Shown piece after piece: positions 1 to 8,833 of a stretch of 64,000 nucleotides of DNA. The notes under the pieces are model-generated. The model did not search any database. It was not told the origin of the DNA and worked only from the letters and a program-made list of their open reading frames with translations. The position numbers and the translations under genes were made by a program. The stretch lies in NCBI GenBank assembly GCA_018819225.1, contig JAHJQN010000007.1, forward strand, positions 1 to 64,000. The letters run 5' to 3'. This stretch comes from Candidatus Micrarchaeota archaeon. Its GTDB lineage: Archaea; Micrarchaeota; Micrarchaeia; Norongarragalinales; SBBD01. Each line of letters begins with the position of its first letter. Within the stretch, counting starts at the first letter, position 1.

Positions 1-177
1 CCAAGAAAAGCTCGACCAAAAGAACCAACCAAACGACCTTTTCTTCACCAAGAAAAGCTCGACCAAAAGAACCAACCAAACGACCTTTTCTTCACCAAGA
101 AAAGCTCGACCAAAAGAACCAACCAAACGACCTTTTCTTCACCAAGAAAAGCTCGACCAAAAGAACTAACCAAACGA
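1..177. repeat. 47-bp tandem repeat (3 full copies plus a partial 4th; runs off window start), each unit containing a hairpin
   Basis: Unit CCAAGAAAAGCTCGACCAAAAGAACCAACCAAACGACCTTTTCTTCA starts at 1, 48, 95 and 142; CTTTTCTT-CACC-AAGAAAAG inverted repeat spans the unit junctions; last copy overlaps the pyrC stop. Confidence 0.95.
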
Positions 178-1467
178 AAGGGGTTTACCGAATGGCAAAC
201 GGGCGACAATGCTTCCCTCGTCGAATGCGAGTTGACCACGCACCCACGTTTTCTCGACCCGGCCCTTCAACTTCCAGCCTTCAAACGGACTCCACCCGCA
301 CTTCGTAAACAAATTCCCGTCCAACACTTCGTGCGATTTCGTCATGTCAACGAGCACGAGGTCCGCCCGACTTCCCTTCGCGATGGAACCCGCGCCGCTC
401 ACACCGAAAAGGCGAGCCGGATTGAAAGAATACAAGCGGACCACGTCCGGAAGCGAGAGCTTCTTTTCATTGACGGCATTCAACATGAGCGGAAGCGCCG
501 TATCCAATCCCGGGACGCCCGCGGGAGCCTCCGAAACGTCGCGCGCTTTCTCCGTCTTCAAATGAGGCGCGTGATCCGTGGCTAGCGTGTCAATGGCGCC
601 ACGATTCAGAAAATCCCAGAGCGCAAACCGGTTTTTTTTCGAGCGTAACGGCGGATTCACCTTCGAGAAAGCGCCCAACGATTTTTCATTCGTTTCGTCC
701 AGAAACAGGTGATGGGGCGTGACCTCGCAAGTCACCGACACACCGCGCTTCCTCGCTTCTTGGACCTGCAACACGTCTTCCCGAGTCGTCACATGACAGA
801 CGTGCAATTTCGTCCGCGTATTATGAGCAAGCGCCAACGCCTTTTTTACGGCCAGATCCGCGCACAACGGATCCCGTTGTTTTGAATGCGATTCACCCAA
901 CCGGTTAGCAAAGTACTCGAGACACTCGTGATCCTCCGCATGAACGGCAATCGGCTTGCCATATTTCGAGAAATGCGAGTACAAGTCGCCGAACGCGTGA
1001 ACCAGCAACCGTCCCGTGGAAGCGCCCATGAACACTTTCAGTCCCGCCACATCCGTTTCGTGCTGCGCCCGATGCGACGCGTCCTGGTTCGAAGGCGTCG
1101 CGCCAAAAAAGAAACCGTAATCGCACAATGCTTTCTTGGAGGCCACAAGCCGTTTCGCATTCAATGCGTCCTCAGAAACCGTAGGAAGCGAACTGTTCGG
1201 CATCTCGATCACCGAAGTAACCCCTCCGGCCAATGCCGCCGCCGAACCGGAAAACCAGTCTTCCTTCATCACGTCTTTGAAATCCCGAAAGTGCACGTGA
1301 GAATCCACCATTCCGGGAAGCACGAACAAGCCCTTGGCGTCAATAACCGTTTCTCCGGACTCCCGACGCAACGATCGCCTGACCTCCAATACCCGTTCCC
1401 CGCGAACGCGCACGTCCGCTACCGATAGCGAGTTGCTGGAAACGATTTTTCCGCCTTTGATGAGCAT
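166..1467 (-). CDS. pyrC: Dihydroorotase (amidohydrolase family)
   Basis: DSHVHFRD, GGVTSVIEMPN, CEVTPHHL, KVNPPLR, ATDHAPH motifs; next to pyrK/pyrD. Confidence 0.93.
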   Translation of the reverse strand: MLIKGGKIVSSNSLSVADVRVRGERVLEVRRSLRRESGETVIDAKGLFVLPGMVDSHVHFRDFKDVMKEDWFSGSAAALAGGVTSVIEMPNSSLPTVSEDALNAKRLVASKKALCDYGFFFGATPSNQDASHRAQHETDVAGLKVFMGASTGRLLVHAFGDLYSHFSKYGKPIAVHAEDHECLEYFANRLGESHSKQRDPLCADLAVKKALALAHNTRTKLHVCHVTTREDVLQVQEARKRGVSVTCEVTPHHLFLDETNEKSLGAFSKVNPPLRSKKNRFALWDFLNRGAIDTLATDHAPHLKTEKARDVSEAPAGVPGLDTALPLMLNAVNEKKLSLPDVVRLYSFNPARLFGVSGAGSIAKGSRADLVLVDMTKSHEVLDGNLFTKCGWSPFEGWKLKGRVEKTWVRGQLAFDEGSIVARLPFGKPLSFG

Positions 1468-1518
1468 GACGACCGCATCATCTCACAGAACGCCGAAATA
1501 ATAAGGTTTAGTTAAGGC

Positions 1519-2322
1519 TCAGTAGCGCTTGCGTTTTCCGCTCCAATCCAAGTACTGTTTGCCGAAGTCGGGATTCGACTTCAATTCCTCTCCCGTAAAA
1601 ATAGTGCCGTGCGCGCACACCAACCGATCACCGATGACGCACGCGCCACAGATTCCGAACCCGCATTTCATCGAACGTTCCACGCTGACGTACACGGGAA
1701 CGCGATGTGCGCGGGCCACATGCACTAACGCGGCCTCCATTTTCTCTGGACCACAGCCGTACACCGCGGAAAAGCGCTCTCCAGAGAGTAACTCGTTCGC
1801 GATTTGCGTTACCAAACCTTTTTTTCCGGCGGACCCGTCATTCGTGCAGACGAACACTCGACACCCTAATTTCTTGAACTCGTTTTCCAGTATGACATCC
1901 GCCGCCTTTCTGGCTCCGATAACCACGGTGCAACGAACGCGCTTTTTCCTGGCCTCGGTGACCAGGAAGCTGAGCGGTACCAGACCATACCCCCCTCCCA
2001 CCAAAAGAATGTTTTTTCCCTTTAATTCGAATGCGTTTCCGTAGGGCCCGCGAATTCCCACGCGATCCCCGTGCTTCAAGTGAAAGAGTTTCTCGGAAAA
2101 TTGCCCCACGCTCGCCACACTAACAGAGAGTGGGTGAGAACGGTACACGCTTAACGGACGCTCGTTGACCCCGGGAATCCAGAGCATGATGAATTGGCCT
2201 GGCTTGCAAGGAAGCGATCGATCGAAAACAAACGTCTTGATGCGATAATTTTCTTGACGCACTGACTGAATCGTGAACGCGTCCGGGATATCGAACGCGG
2301 ATGCGAGCGCGGGTTTACTCAT
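1519..2322 (-). CDS. pyrK: Dihydroorotate dehydrogenase electron transfer subunit
   Basis: PGQFIMLW, RGPYGN, GGGYG, CGPEKM and MKCGFGICGAC 2Fe-2S motif. Confidence 0.93.
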   Translation of the reverse strand: MSKPALASAFDIPDAFTIQSVRQENYRIKTFVFDRSLPCKPGQFIMLWIPGVNERPLSVYRSHPLSVSVASVGQFSEKLFHLKHGDRVGIRGPYGNAFELKGKNILLVGGGYGLVPLSFLVTEARKKRVRCTVVIGARKAADVILENEFKKLGCRVFVCTNDGSAGKKGLVTQIANELLSGERFSAVYGCGPEKMEAALVHVARAHRVPVYVSVERSMKCGFGICGACVIGDRLVCAHGTIFTGEELKSNPDFGKQYLDWSGKRKRY

Positions 2323-3238
2323 GCGCAGCGCCCACGAGTTGCCGTACCGACGTGAAATGGTTTTTCTTCATCCAGCCCTGCATTTCACGAGTGATGGATT
2401 TGAATACGTTGAATCCATTCCAATAAACCGCGCTGCCTACGCCTACCGCGCATGCACCGGCCATCATCATTTCAACGGCATCGCGACCGGTGGTCACACC
2501 CCCCGTCCCGATAATGGGGATATCGACGGCTTCATACACGTCGTAAACGCTCTTGATGGCAATCGGTTTCAACGCCGGCCCGGATACGCCGCCCGAACGA
2601 TTCGCCAGAACCGGTCTCCTGAGCTCGGGTTGAATCACCATACCCTTCGCCGTATTAATCGCCGTAATACCGTCCGCGCCCGCCTCTTCACACGCACGAG
2701 CGATCACGGCAATGTCCGAGCAATTAGGAGAGAGTTTAGCGAACACGGGAAGACGACATTGATCTTTAACCTCGGAAACGACTTTGAACGCCAGATCCGG
2801 ATTGGAAGCAAACTCCCCATAGCCTTTCATGCGCTGCTCACTTTCAACGTTCGGACACGACAAATCCAGTTCAATAAAATCAGGTTCCGCACGAGAAATC
2901 AAAGCCGCGACCTCCGCAAAATGAGCGGGAGAACGCTCGAAAACGCTTGCGATAACCGGGATCGCTGTTTTTCGCTTGAGTTCTTTCACGGTTTCCCGTT
3001 CTTCTTCAGCACCCGGATTCGATAACCCCACCGCATTTAACATGAAATGTTCAGTCGAAATCACGCTGGGGTTCGGATGACCCGTTCGGCCCTGCAAATT
3101 GCAGGATTTCGTGGTGACGGCGCCGGCCCCGCATTTCCCCACATACTGCATGAGCATGGCAGAGGTTCCGAGAATGCCGCTTGCAAGCACCGTCGGATTC
3201 GCGAGCTTTTTTTTGGCGAGTAAAATGGACATCATCAT
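2315..3238 (-). CDS. pyrD: Dihydroorotate dehydrogenase class 1B catalytic subunit
   Basis: NPTVLASG, GAVTTKS, NAVGLSNPG, LSCPN, KLSPN, GGVSG, IIGTGG motifs. Confidence 0.95.
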   Translation of the reverse strand: MMMSILLAKKKLANPTVLASGILGTSAMLMQYVGKCGAGAVTTKSCNLQGRTGHPNPSVISTEHFMLNAVGLSNPGAEEERETVKELKRKTAIPVIASVFERSPAHFAEVAALISRAEPDFIELDLSCPNVESEQRMKGYGEFASNPDLAFKVVSEVKDQCRLPVFAKLSPNCSDIAVIARACEEAGADGITAINTAKGMVIQPELRRPVLANRSGGVSGPALKPIAIKSVYDVYEAVDIPIIGTGGVTTGRDAVEMMMAGACAVGVGSAVYWNGFNVFKSITREMQGWMKKNHFTSVRQLVGAAHE

Positions 3239-3241
3239 GCA

Positions 3242-3484
3242 TCACTCGGAGAGGAATAAGAATACGGCGTAAACGAGAATTAAAAGGAGGCCGATCATCC
3301 ACAAACTCTGCATCATGCGCGGATTGTCCAACGATCCGACCGCAATAGGCAACGGACCCAACAAGAGAATGCCGCCCGTACGATTCTTCTTGCGCAAGAT
3401 CATGGCGGACAACACGAGAATGAAGAGGCCTACGAAGATGAGCGCTAGGCCAAGGAACATCATATTCTGGGTCGCGATCCACAT
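3242..3484 (-). CDS. Small membrane protein, DUF131/TIGR00304-like
   Basis: Two TM segments flanking GGILLLGPLPIAVGS; start trimmed to an internal ATG. Confidence 0.7.
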   Translation of the reverse strand: MWIATQNMMFLGLALIFVGLFILVLSAMILRKKNRTGGILLLGPLPIAVGSLDNPRMMQSLWMIGLLLILVYAVFLFLSE

Positions 3485-3533
3485 GTCTTGAAAGGATTGC
3501 GGAATCAGGGAATAAAAAGCGTTTCCTTGCCCG

Positions 3534-4232
3534 TCAATGCACGATCCACAGCGCAAACCACGCGATCACGAGACCCAAGAAAAAGAAGAGGGGCTCGCCC
3601 TTTTTTTTCTGCGGTAAAATGCCTCGGAGCACCGAGTACAGAATGACTCCAAGCAAGAAAGCGAACGTGAGATAAAAGTAGGAAGGTGTCCATTGCAAGT
3701 AGGATGCGGCCACGGCACCGGCCAACGGACCGGAAGAGAGAAGGGCATTGCCCAAAAAACCGAGCTTGAAGTGCGCATGGATGTGAGCGGTGGAAAGGCT
3801 GGCCGCCAACGTATGCAAGAGGAACGGAATCAATATGAAGTAGACTTCTCCCGGACGCAAACCGGCATCCAATACGACGACGATCGCGAACCCTATGATA
3901 AAGCTGTCGGCGAACGAGCCCAGAACGTGTAGTTCTCCAAGCTCTTTCAACAGCTCTTTGCGATTCGTCACGTGCTGGTACACATACTTTTCCACGAGGT
4001 GAATCGTTGCCAACCCCAGCAGCATGGCTGCAAACAGATCGCGTTGAATGGAGGCAGGTGCACGGAAAACCACTGGCAACAACGCCAGGAAAAAGTAGGC
4101 GATGAACAAGCCCGCTGAAAAACTGACGAGACGCATGTGGTGGCGTTCCAGTCTCCTCGCAATCGGCGTGCTGAAATACCTTGCGACCACTAACACCGCA
4201 GCCATCCATACCCCTAAAGAAGAAAGTGGCAT
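3534..4232 (-). CDS. ZIP-like multi-pass membrane protein (divergent)
   Basis: SFSAGLFIAYFFLALLP, ADSFIIGFAI, FLLHT, AFLLGVILY mirror ZIP TM motifs; start trimmed. Confidence 0.65.
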   Translation of the reverse strand: MPLSSLGVWMAAVLVVARYFSTPIARRLERHHMRLVSFSAGLFIAYFFLALLPVVFRAPASIQRDLFAAMLLGLATIHLVEKYVYQHVTNRKELLKELGELHVLGSFADSFIIGFAIVVVLDAGLRPGEVYFILIPFLLHTLAASLSTAHIHAHFKLGFLGNALLSSGPLAGAVAASYLQWTPSYFYLTFAFLLGVILYSVLRGILPQKKKGEPLFFFLGLVIAWFALWIVH

Positions 4233-4316
4233 GACGAGGAAAAGACGGGCACTATAAAAAAAGGTATCGGCCCCCAAAGACCCAAAGCGTTTTTATTGCA
4301 ATGACCTAACCTTCTC

Positions 4317-6551
4317 ATGGTTTCCGTCGAACAACTGCCCATCATTGAGATCGGGGTCGTCCTACTGACGGCCTTGCTTTCCGGAATCCTGTTTACGCGC
4401 GTGGGCCAGAGTGCCGCTCTCGGATACATTGCCGCCGGACTCGTCCTCGGCCCCCTCGGATTTCAAGTGCTCGCTGGCGAAGGCACTTCCATTACGACCT
4501 TACTCGGAGAAATCGGCGTGACCATGCTGCTGTTCTACTTGGGATTAGAGCTCAGCATCAAACGATTCAAGGAAACGGGTGCCGTCGCCACGATTCTGGC
4601 GGCCGTGGAAATGTTGTTCGCGTTCATCGCCGGATTCTTCATTGCCAAATTCTTCGGGTTCACGGACATTGAAGCGATGGTCATCGGCGCCATGCTCACC
4701 GCAACCAGCACCGTCATAACCGGAAAGTTTCTGATCGAGCGAAAGCTCATCGAAACTCCGGAGGCCCGCGTCACCATTTCCGTACTCATCCTCGAAGACT
4801 TCTTCGCGATCTTGGTGCTCGTATTCGTGGCCGCTCTCGCCTCTCAACAAACCTTGAACATCCTCGTCATCAACGCGCTCTTCTTCGTCATCGCCATGTT
4901 CTTTATCGTCAGTAAAATCTCAAAGCACGCGCTCAACCTGTTGAGTAGCATCGGCCGCGAAGACCAGATGTGGCTGTACGGTATGGGCGTCTTCCTCATC
5001 GTCTCCTTCTTCGGCTCCACGTACCTGGGTTTGACGCCTGCTATCGGCGCGTTCTTCGCGGGATTCGCACTCTCGGAAAGTGTTTTCGGGGACCGCATCA
5101 AGAAAGAGCTCGGGTTATTCCGGGAGTTCTTCGTCTTGTTCTTCTTCGTGAGCTTTGGTGCCACGGTGACGCTGCCTCAAAACCCGGAAATTTATTACAT
5201 GCTAGTGGCGCTCGCGATCGGGTACGTGCTCGCTAAACTCGTGGCGCACGGCATTACGGGAACGGCCATCGGAATGGAGTTGAAGAGCGCGGTCACCGGA
5301 GGCATTCTCATGGGCGCGCTCGGAGAATTCGCGATCATTATCGCCATAGCCGCCCAAAACATTTTACCGCAGGCATCCGACATTCTCGCCCTCGCCTTTC
5401 TGCTCACGATCGTCACCACGAGCATGCTCCCATTCTTGTACGATCGAAGAAATGCGATTGCCGCCGCATTCGAAAAAATATTCCCGATTCAACTTCAAAA
5501 CGACAGCCGGATCCTGCAACGTCAAATGAATGCGGTCGATCATTTGGCGAGAGACGTGGCGTTTCAGAACACGTACATTCGTTCCCTCGGCAAACTCTTC
5601 AAGAACCTTTTGATAGCGGTTTCCATCGTGTACTTGAGTTATTTGATGCAAGAAGAAATCGCGATTCCCTTGCTGGAGTTCATCCCCGCAGAATATTCGC
5701 CGAGTTTGCTGCTGCTGCCGTTGATCATCTGGCCCGTATACAAATTCATTGCCGAACTCAAGTTCATCACGCGCAAAGTCGCGGGCGGGCTCATCGAACG
5801 CACGTTCAAACCACCTAACGAAGACATCGAGCACTTTGAAGGACAGGCCGCCGATGTGTTCACGGGCATTATACTTACCCTCGTCGGATTGGCCGCCATG
5901 CTCTCCGTCTATTACGTATTTCCGGAGCTGTACCTCGGGCTCCTGATTCCCGGAACATACACGCTACTGGCCATCATGTACTTGAGCAAGAGCTTCTACG
6001 GACTCGTCGAAAAGTACGAAAGCATGGAAACCATGGTGGGAATCGAGCGGCTACCTGCCAAAGACCAACGTATTCTCATTTTGTCTCAAGAGTTCAACGA
6101 TCACGCAAAATACTTCCAGAAACTGAACGCGGATCGCATGGATGCGAAAGAACGCATTCAGGACGCGTTGCGTACGGAACGTTTGGACGAAGCGAAAGTG
6201 CACTTGGTTCGATTCAAGCGCAAGGAAACGAAGGCGCTCGTCAACCTATTTGATTTGAAGGCGATTCAGAAGTATCCCATGCTTAGGGAACGGGTGCGCG
6301 AGAGCTTAAAGCGGAACCGGGAATTTCATGAAAGCGTGCAAGGAGTGAAAACGCGGGCCGCTCTCACGAGATACCTGTCCGAGCACATGAAACCGCACGT
6401 GTTCGAGCCCTCGCCTAAAGCCAGCGTCGAGGAAGCCGCACGCCATCTCATCGAACGGGACTTGCAGGCGCAACATTCCGCCATAACGGAACAGGCGTCA
6501 ATACCCCATAAAACGCTCCGCGTGAAGAAACACGGAAAAAAGAAAAGATAG
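4317..6551 (+). CDS. Cation:proton antiporter (CPA2/Kef family) with long C-terminal extension
   Basis: GYIAAGLVLGP, LLFYLGLELS, TSTVI, LILEDFFA, GAFFAG, GEFAIIIA. Confidence 0.9.
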   Translation: MVSVEQLPIIEIGVVLLTALLSGILFTRVGQSAALGYIAAGLVLGPLGFQVLAGEGTSITTLLGEIGVTMLLFYLGLELSIKRFKETGAVATILAAVEMLFAFIAGFFIAKFFGFTDIEAMVIGAMLTATSTVITGKFLIERKLIETPEARVTISVLILEDFFAILVLVFVAALASQQTLNILVINALFFVIAMFFIVSKISKHALNLLSSIGREDQMWLYGMGVFLIVSFFGSTYLGLTPAIGAFFAGFALSESVFGDRIKKELGLFREFFVLFFFVSFGATVTLPQNPEIYYMLVALAIGYVLAKLVAHGITGTAIGMELKSAVTGGILMGALGEFAIIIAIAAQNILPQASDILALAFLLTIVTTSMLPFLYDRRNAIAAAFEKIFPIQLQNDSRILQRQMNAVDHLARDVAFQNTYIRSLGKLFKNLLIAVSIVYLSYLMQEEIAIPLLEFIPAEYSPSLLLLPLIIWPVYKFIAELKFITRKVAGGLIERTFKPPNEDIEHFEGQAADVFTGIILTLVGLAAMLSVYYVFPELYLGLLIPGTYTLLAIMYLSKSFYGLVEKYESMETMVGIERLPAKDQRILILSQEFNDHAKYFQKLNADRMDAKERIQDALRTERLDEAKVHLVRFKRKETKALVNLFDLKAIQKYPMLRERVRESLKRNREFHESVQGVKTRAALTRYLSEHMKPHVFEPSPKASVEEAARHLIERDLQAQHSAITEQASIPHKTLRVKKHGKKKR

Positions 6552-6636
6552 ACGCGAAAGACGTTTTCTAAGTGGAACCCCTCGGCCTCAAGGCATTAAA
6601 AAAGCGTAGGCTGACAGGTATTTCCATTGAACGGAC

Positions 6637-7569
6637 ATGCACCCCATTCTTTACCCATACACCTCCGAAGCGCGCAAGTACTTGGAAAGCCAGCAGACCG
6701 TCAGCGACGAGCAACTCGAACGCGCAAAAGCCAGGGTGGAAAATCGCTTGAAAGGCTCGGAATGGAAGGAAAATAGCGCTCACGAAGAAGCGATCGAGTT
6801 CGCACTGGCGCGCATGCTGCTGGCTGCTTCCGGGAATGCGTTCATGACACGGCAATACGCGAGAGCGGAAGCGAAACACGTGATTCGCGCACTACAAGAC
6901 GAGGACCCGCAAGCGTTTGCCGCATTCGCGAAAGACCAATACCCCTCTCTTTCCTTGGAAGAAAACCGTTTTTTGATTTCATTGAACGATTACTTGCGAT
7001 TCGGAACCGACTTGGTGAACGCCCCTCTCCGAAACGGAAAACTGCTGTTCGAAAAACCCGAGTTCCTGCAATTGTTGCGCGCGGCGATTGAAGCACGCAT
7101 TGCGACGACGACCGGAGACGCGAAGAAAATTCCCGCGAACGTGAAACGCGTTTCCCGCGAGCTGGAAGAACGGATTCGGAAGCAACAACCGCAGCTTCAA
7201 CGCACGTTTAAAGGCAAGTACTTGGAACTTCCGGCCATGCAACTCATTTTATTGGGAGTCGGGGAAGGCAAGCGGTATTACGGCTCGATGACCTTATCCA
7301 TAGCGTGTTTGAAAGACGGAATTCCCAAACTGGAAGCGGAACACGTGATGCGCATGTACGCGCGCAATTGTTCGACCGGAGGGAACACGTTTACGGAACG
7401 CGAAGCCCTTAACAGCCTGGAATGGGTGTATAAACATCCGACCATCCGCTTTTCATTGAAAACGCTCCGCGAACAAGGTCTCGTCGACGCGGAAACCATG
7501 CAGAAAACGGAAGAAGAATACCGGCGCATGCGTAAAGGAGAACGCGCGACAAGGAAGGGGGTTAAATAG
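6637..7569 (+). CDS. DNA primase large-subunit (PriL)-like protein with an atypical C-terminal domain
   Basis: N-terminal YPYTSEARKYL and LVNAPLRNGKL typical of archaeal PriL; C-terminal LP.M..IL.GV.EG.R helical domain. Confidence 0.65.
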   Translation: MHPILYPYTSEARKYLESQQTVSDEQLERAKARVENRLKGSEWKENSAHEEAIEFALARMLLAASGNAFMTRQYARAEAKHVIRALQDEDPQAFAAFAKDQYPSLSLEENRFLISLNDYLRFGTDLVNAPLRNGKLLFEKPEFLQLLRAAIEARIATTTGDAKKIPANVKRVSRELEERIRKQQPQLQRTFKGKYLELPAMQLILLGVGEGKRYYGSMTLSIACLKDGIPKLEAEHVMRMYARNCSTGGNTFTEREALNSLEWVYKHPTIRFSLKTLREQGLVDAETMQKTEEEYRRMRKGERATRKGVK

Positions 7570-7605
7570 TTTCCAGTCCACTAAGAAATTCGAGGTAATG
7601 CGTCT

Positions 7606-7971
7606 ATGGAAATGAACGATGAAATGAAGAGACAACTCGCCGACTTTCAGCAACTGCAGCAGCAATTGCAGATGGTATCGTACCAGAAGCAACAGATCGC
7701 TCTCCAAGTTCAGGAATTGGAAAAGGCCTCCGAAGAGCTCGGGAAATCCGCGGAAGGAAAAACAGTGTACCGTTTTGTAGGCACGTTATTTGTTCCTAAA
7801 AACAAACCGGAACTCGCGAAAAATTTGGCGGATGAAAAGGAATCGCTACAGCTTCGCTTGAAGTCCGTACAGAAGCAAGAGGAAAAACTAACAGAACGTT
7901 TAGAATCCATTAAAAAATGGTTCGACAAAGCCCAAAGATCAGGGGGAGAAAATGCGTCAATAGCCAAATAA
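7606..7971 (+). CDS. pfdB: Prefoldin beta subunit
   Basis: Coiled coil-VYRFVGTLFV hairpin-coiled coil, 121 aa; GAGGT RBS. Confidence 0.92.
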   Translation: MEMNDEMKRQLADFQQLQQQLQMVSYQKQQIALQVQELEKASEELGKSAEGKTVYRFVGTLFVPKNKPELAKNLADEKESLQLRLKSVQKQEEKLTERLESIKKWFDKAQRSGGENASIAK

Positions 7972-8059
7972 ATATCGGCGGAAGACGTATTTTTAAGTAT
8001 AAAGCCCTTGAAATGGAAAGGTATTTATAGGAGGTCGCGGCTTATAATAGTGCACTCGA

Positions 8060-8708
8060 ATTTAAGCGTTGGTGGTATTGGAGAGAAACAAGACAAAAAA
8101 CCAATCTCTTCTTCTCAAGGATTTGCCTCCTTTGGGTTGTTTGTCCTCTTCTCTCGCACCACCTTAATAGACTCCTAGTGAGCGTGTGAGCTAGGCGTTT
8201 TCTTCGCGAATACGGTTTAACGCTTTTTGATGAGAGGAACCGGTCTCACGACCGACTTCATTACAAGCCGGACGATTCGTCGGATTCGCTTTCGCAATAT
8301 TCCGTCCATTTTTCATGCACATACTTCAAGGTACTCGTCCACCGCATGGACAAACGTTCTTCTTCGATTTCAATCACCCGAATTCAAAGGGAAGAGAAAG
8401 CAGGATAACGCGAGAGACTTTCAAAACCATATGTCGGATTATGCCTCCTAGCGGTTCGGCTCTCCAATCGTCAGAGCCTGCTTTCACGCACTCAATTTCA
8501 GCACATCACCTCTGGGATATGGTTAATCAAAAAAAAACATAAAGGAGACTAACGGCTTCGCCAATCCAAAACCAGTCCACGTTTTCAAAGCCGAAAACGC
8601 ATCATCCTGTTACGCTCCCTTAATGGTAAAGCGCAACAGATGGAGGGGGCTCATGCTAAACCGCGTGCACGACAGATTCCAGCGGATGCTTGAGTCCATT
8701 ATTCCTCT
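8060..8708 (-). ncRNA. Putative large structured non-coding RNA (core ~8708-8233, possible 3' domain to ~8060)
   Basis: BRE/TATA at 8746-8732; 5' AGAGGAAU pairs with GUUCCUCU (8240-8233); at least 8 helices whose G-U pairs and GNRA loops favour the minus strand; no credible ORF. Confidence 0.6.
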
Positions 8709-8731
8709 AAGAAAAAGAAGAAGACTCATCC

Positions 8732-8746
8732 TATAAAAACGTTTCG
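8732..8746 (-). promoter_or_regulatory. BRE + TATA box for the putative ncRNA
   Basis: Minus strand reads CGAAACG-TTTTTATA, ~24 nt upstream of the predicted RNA 5' end. Confidence 0.6.
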
Positions 8747-8833
8747 TTGAAAGAGAAATCGAACACAAAAAAATATTCTGCGGAAAAAAACTACGTCACT
8801 TCCCGCCGGAAACGGAGGAACGCCCGTTCTGCA

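Noticed and set aside
1-177. CRISPR array
   Set aside because: Units are identical head-to-tail with no unique spacers, and no cas genes are present
45-239. 64-aa ORF
   Set aside because: Translation of the tandem repeat, overlapping pyrC
8227-8542. 74- and 75-aa plus-strand ORFs (and a 29-aa minus ORF near 8698)
   Set aside because: No protein-like features, mutually overlapping; sequence is better explained by RNA pairing
7972-8833. RNase P, SRP, group I/II intron or oriC identity
   Set aside because: No GAGGAAAGUCC-type P4, SRP helix-8, intron domain V/P7 or repeated ORB boxes recognisable; only fragmentary resemblances
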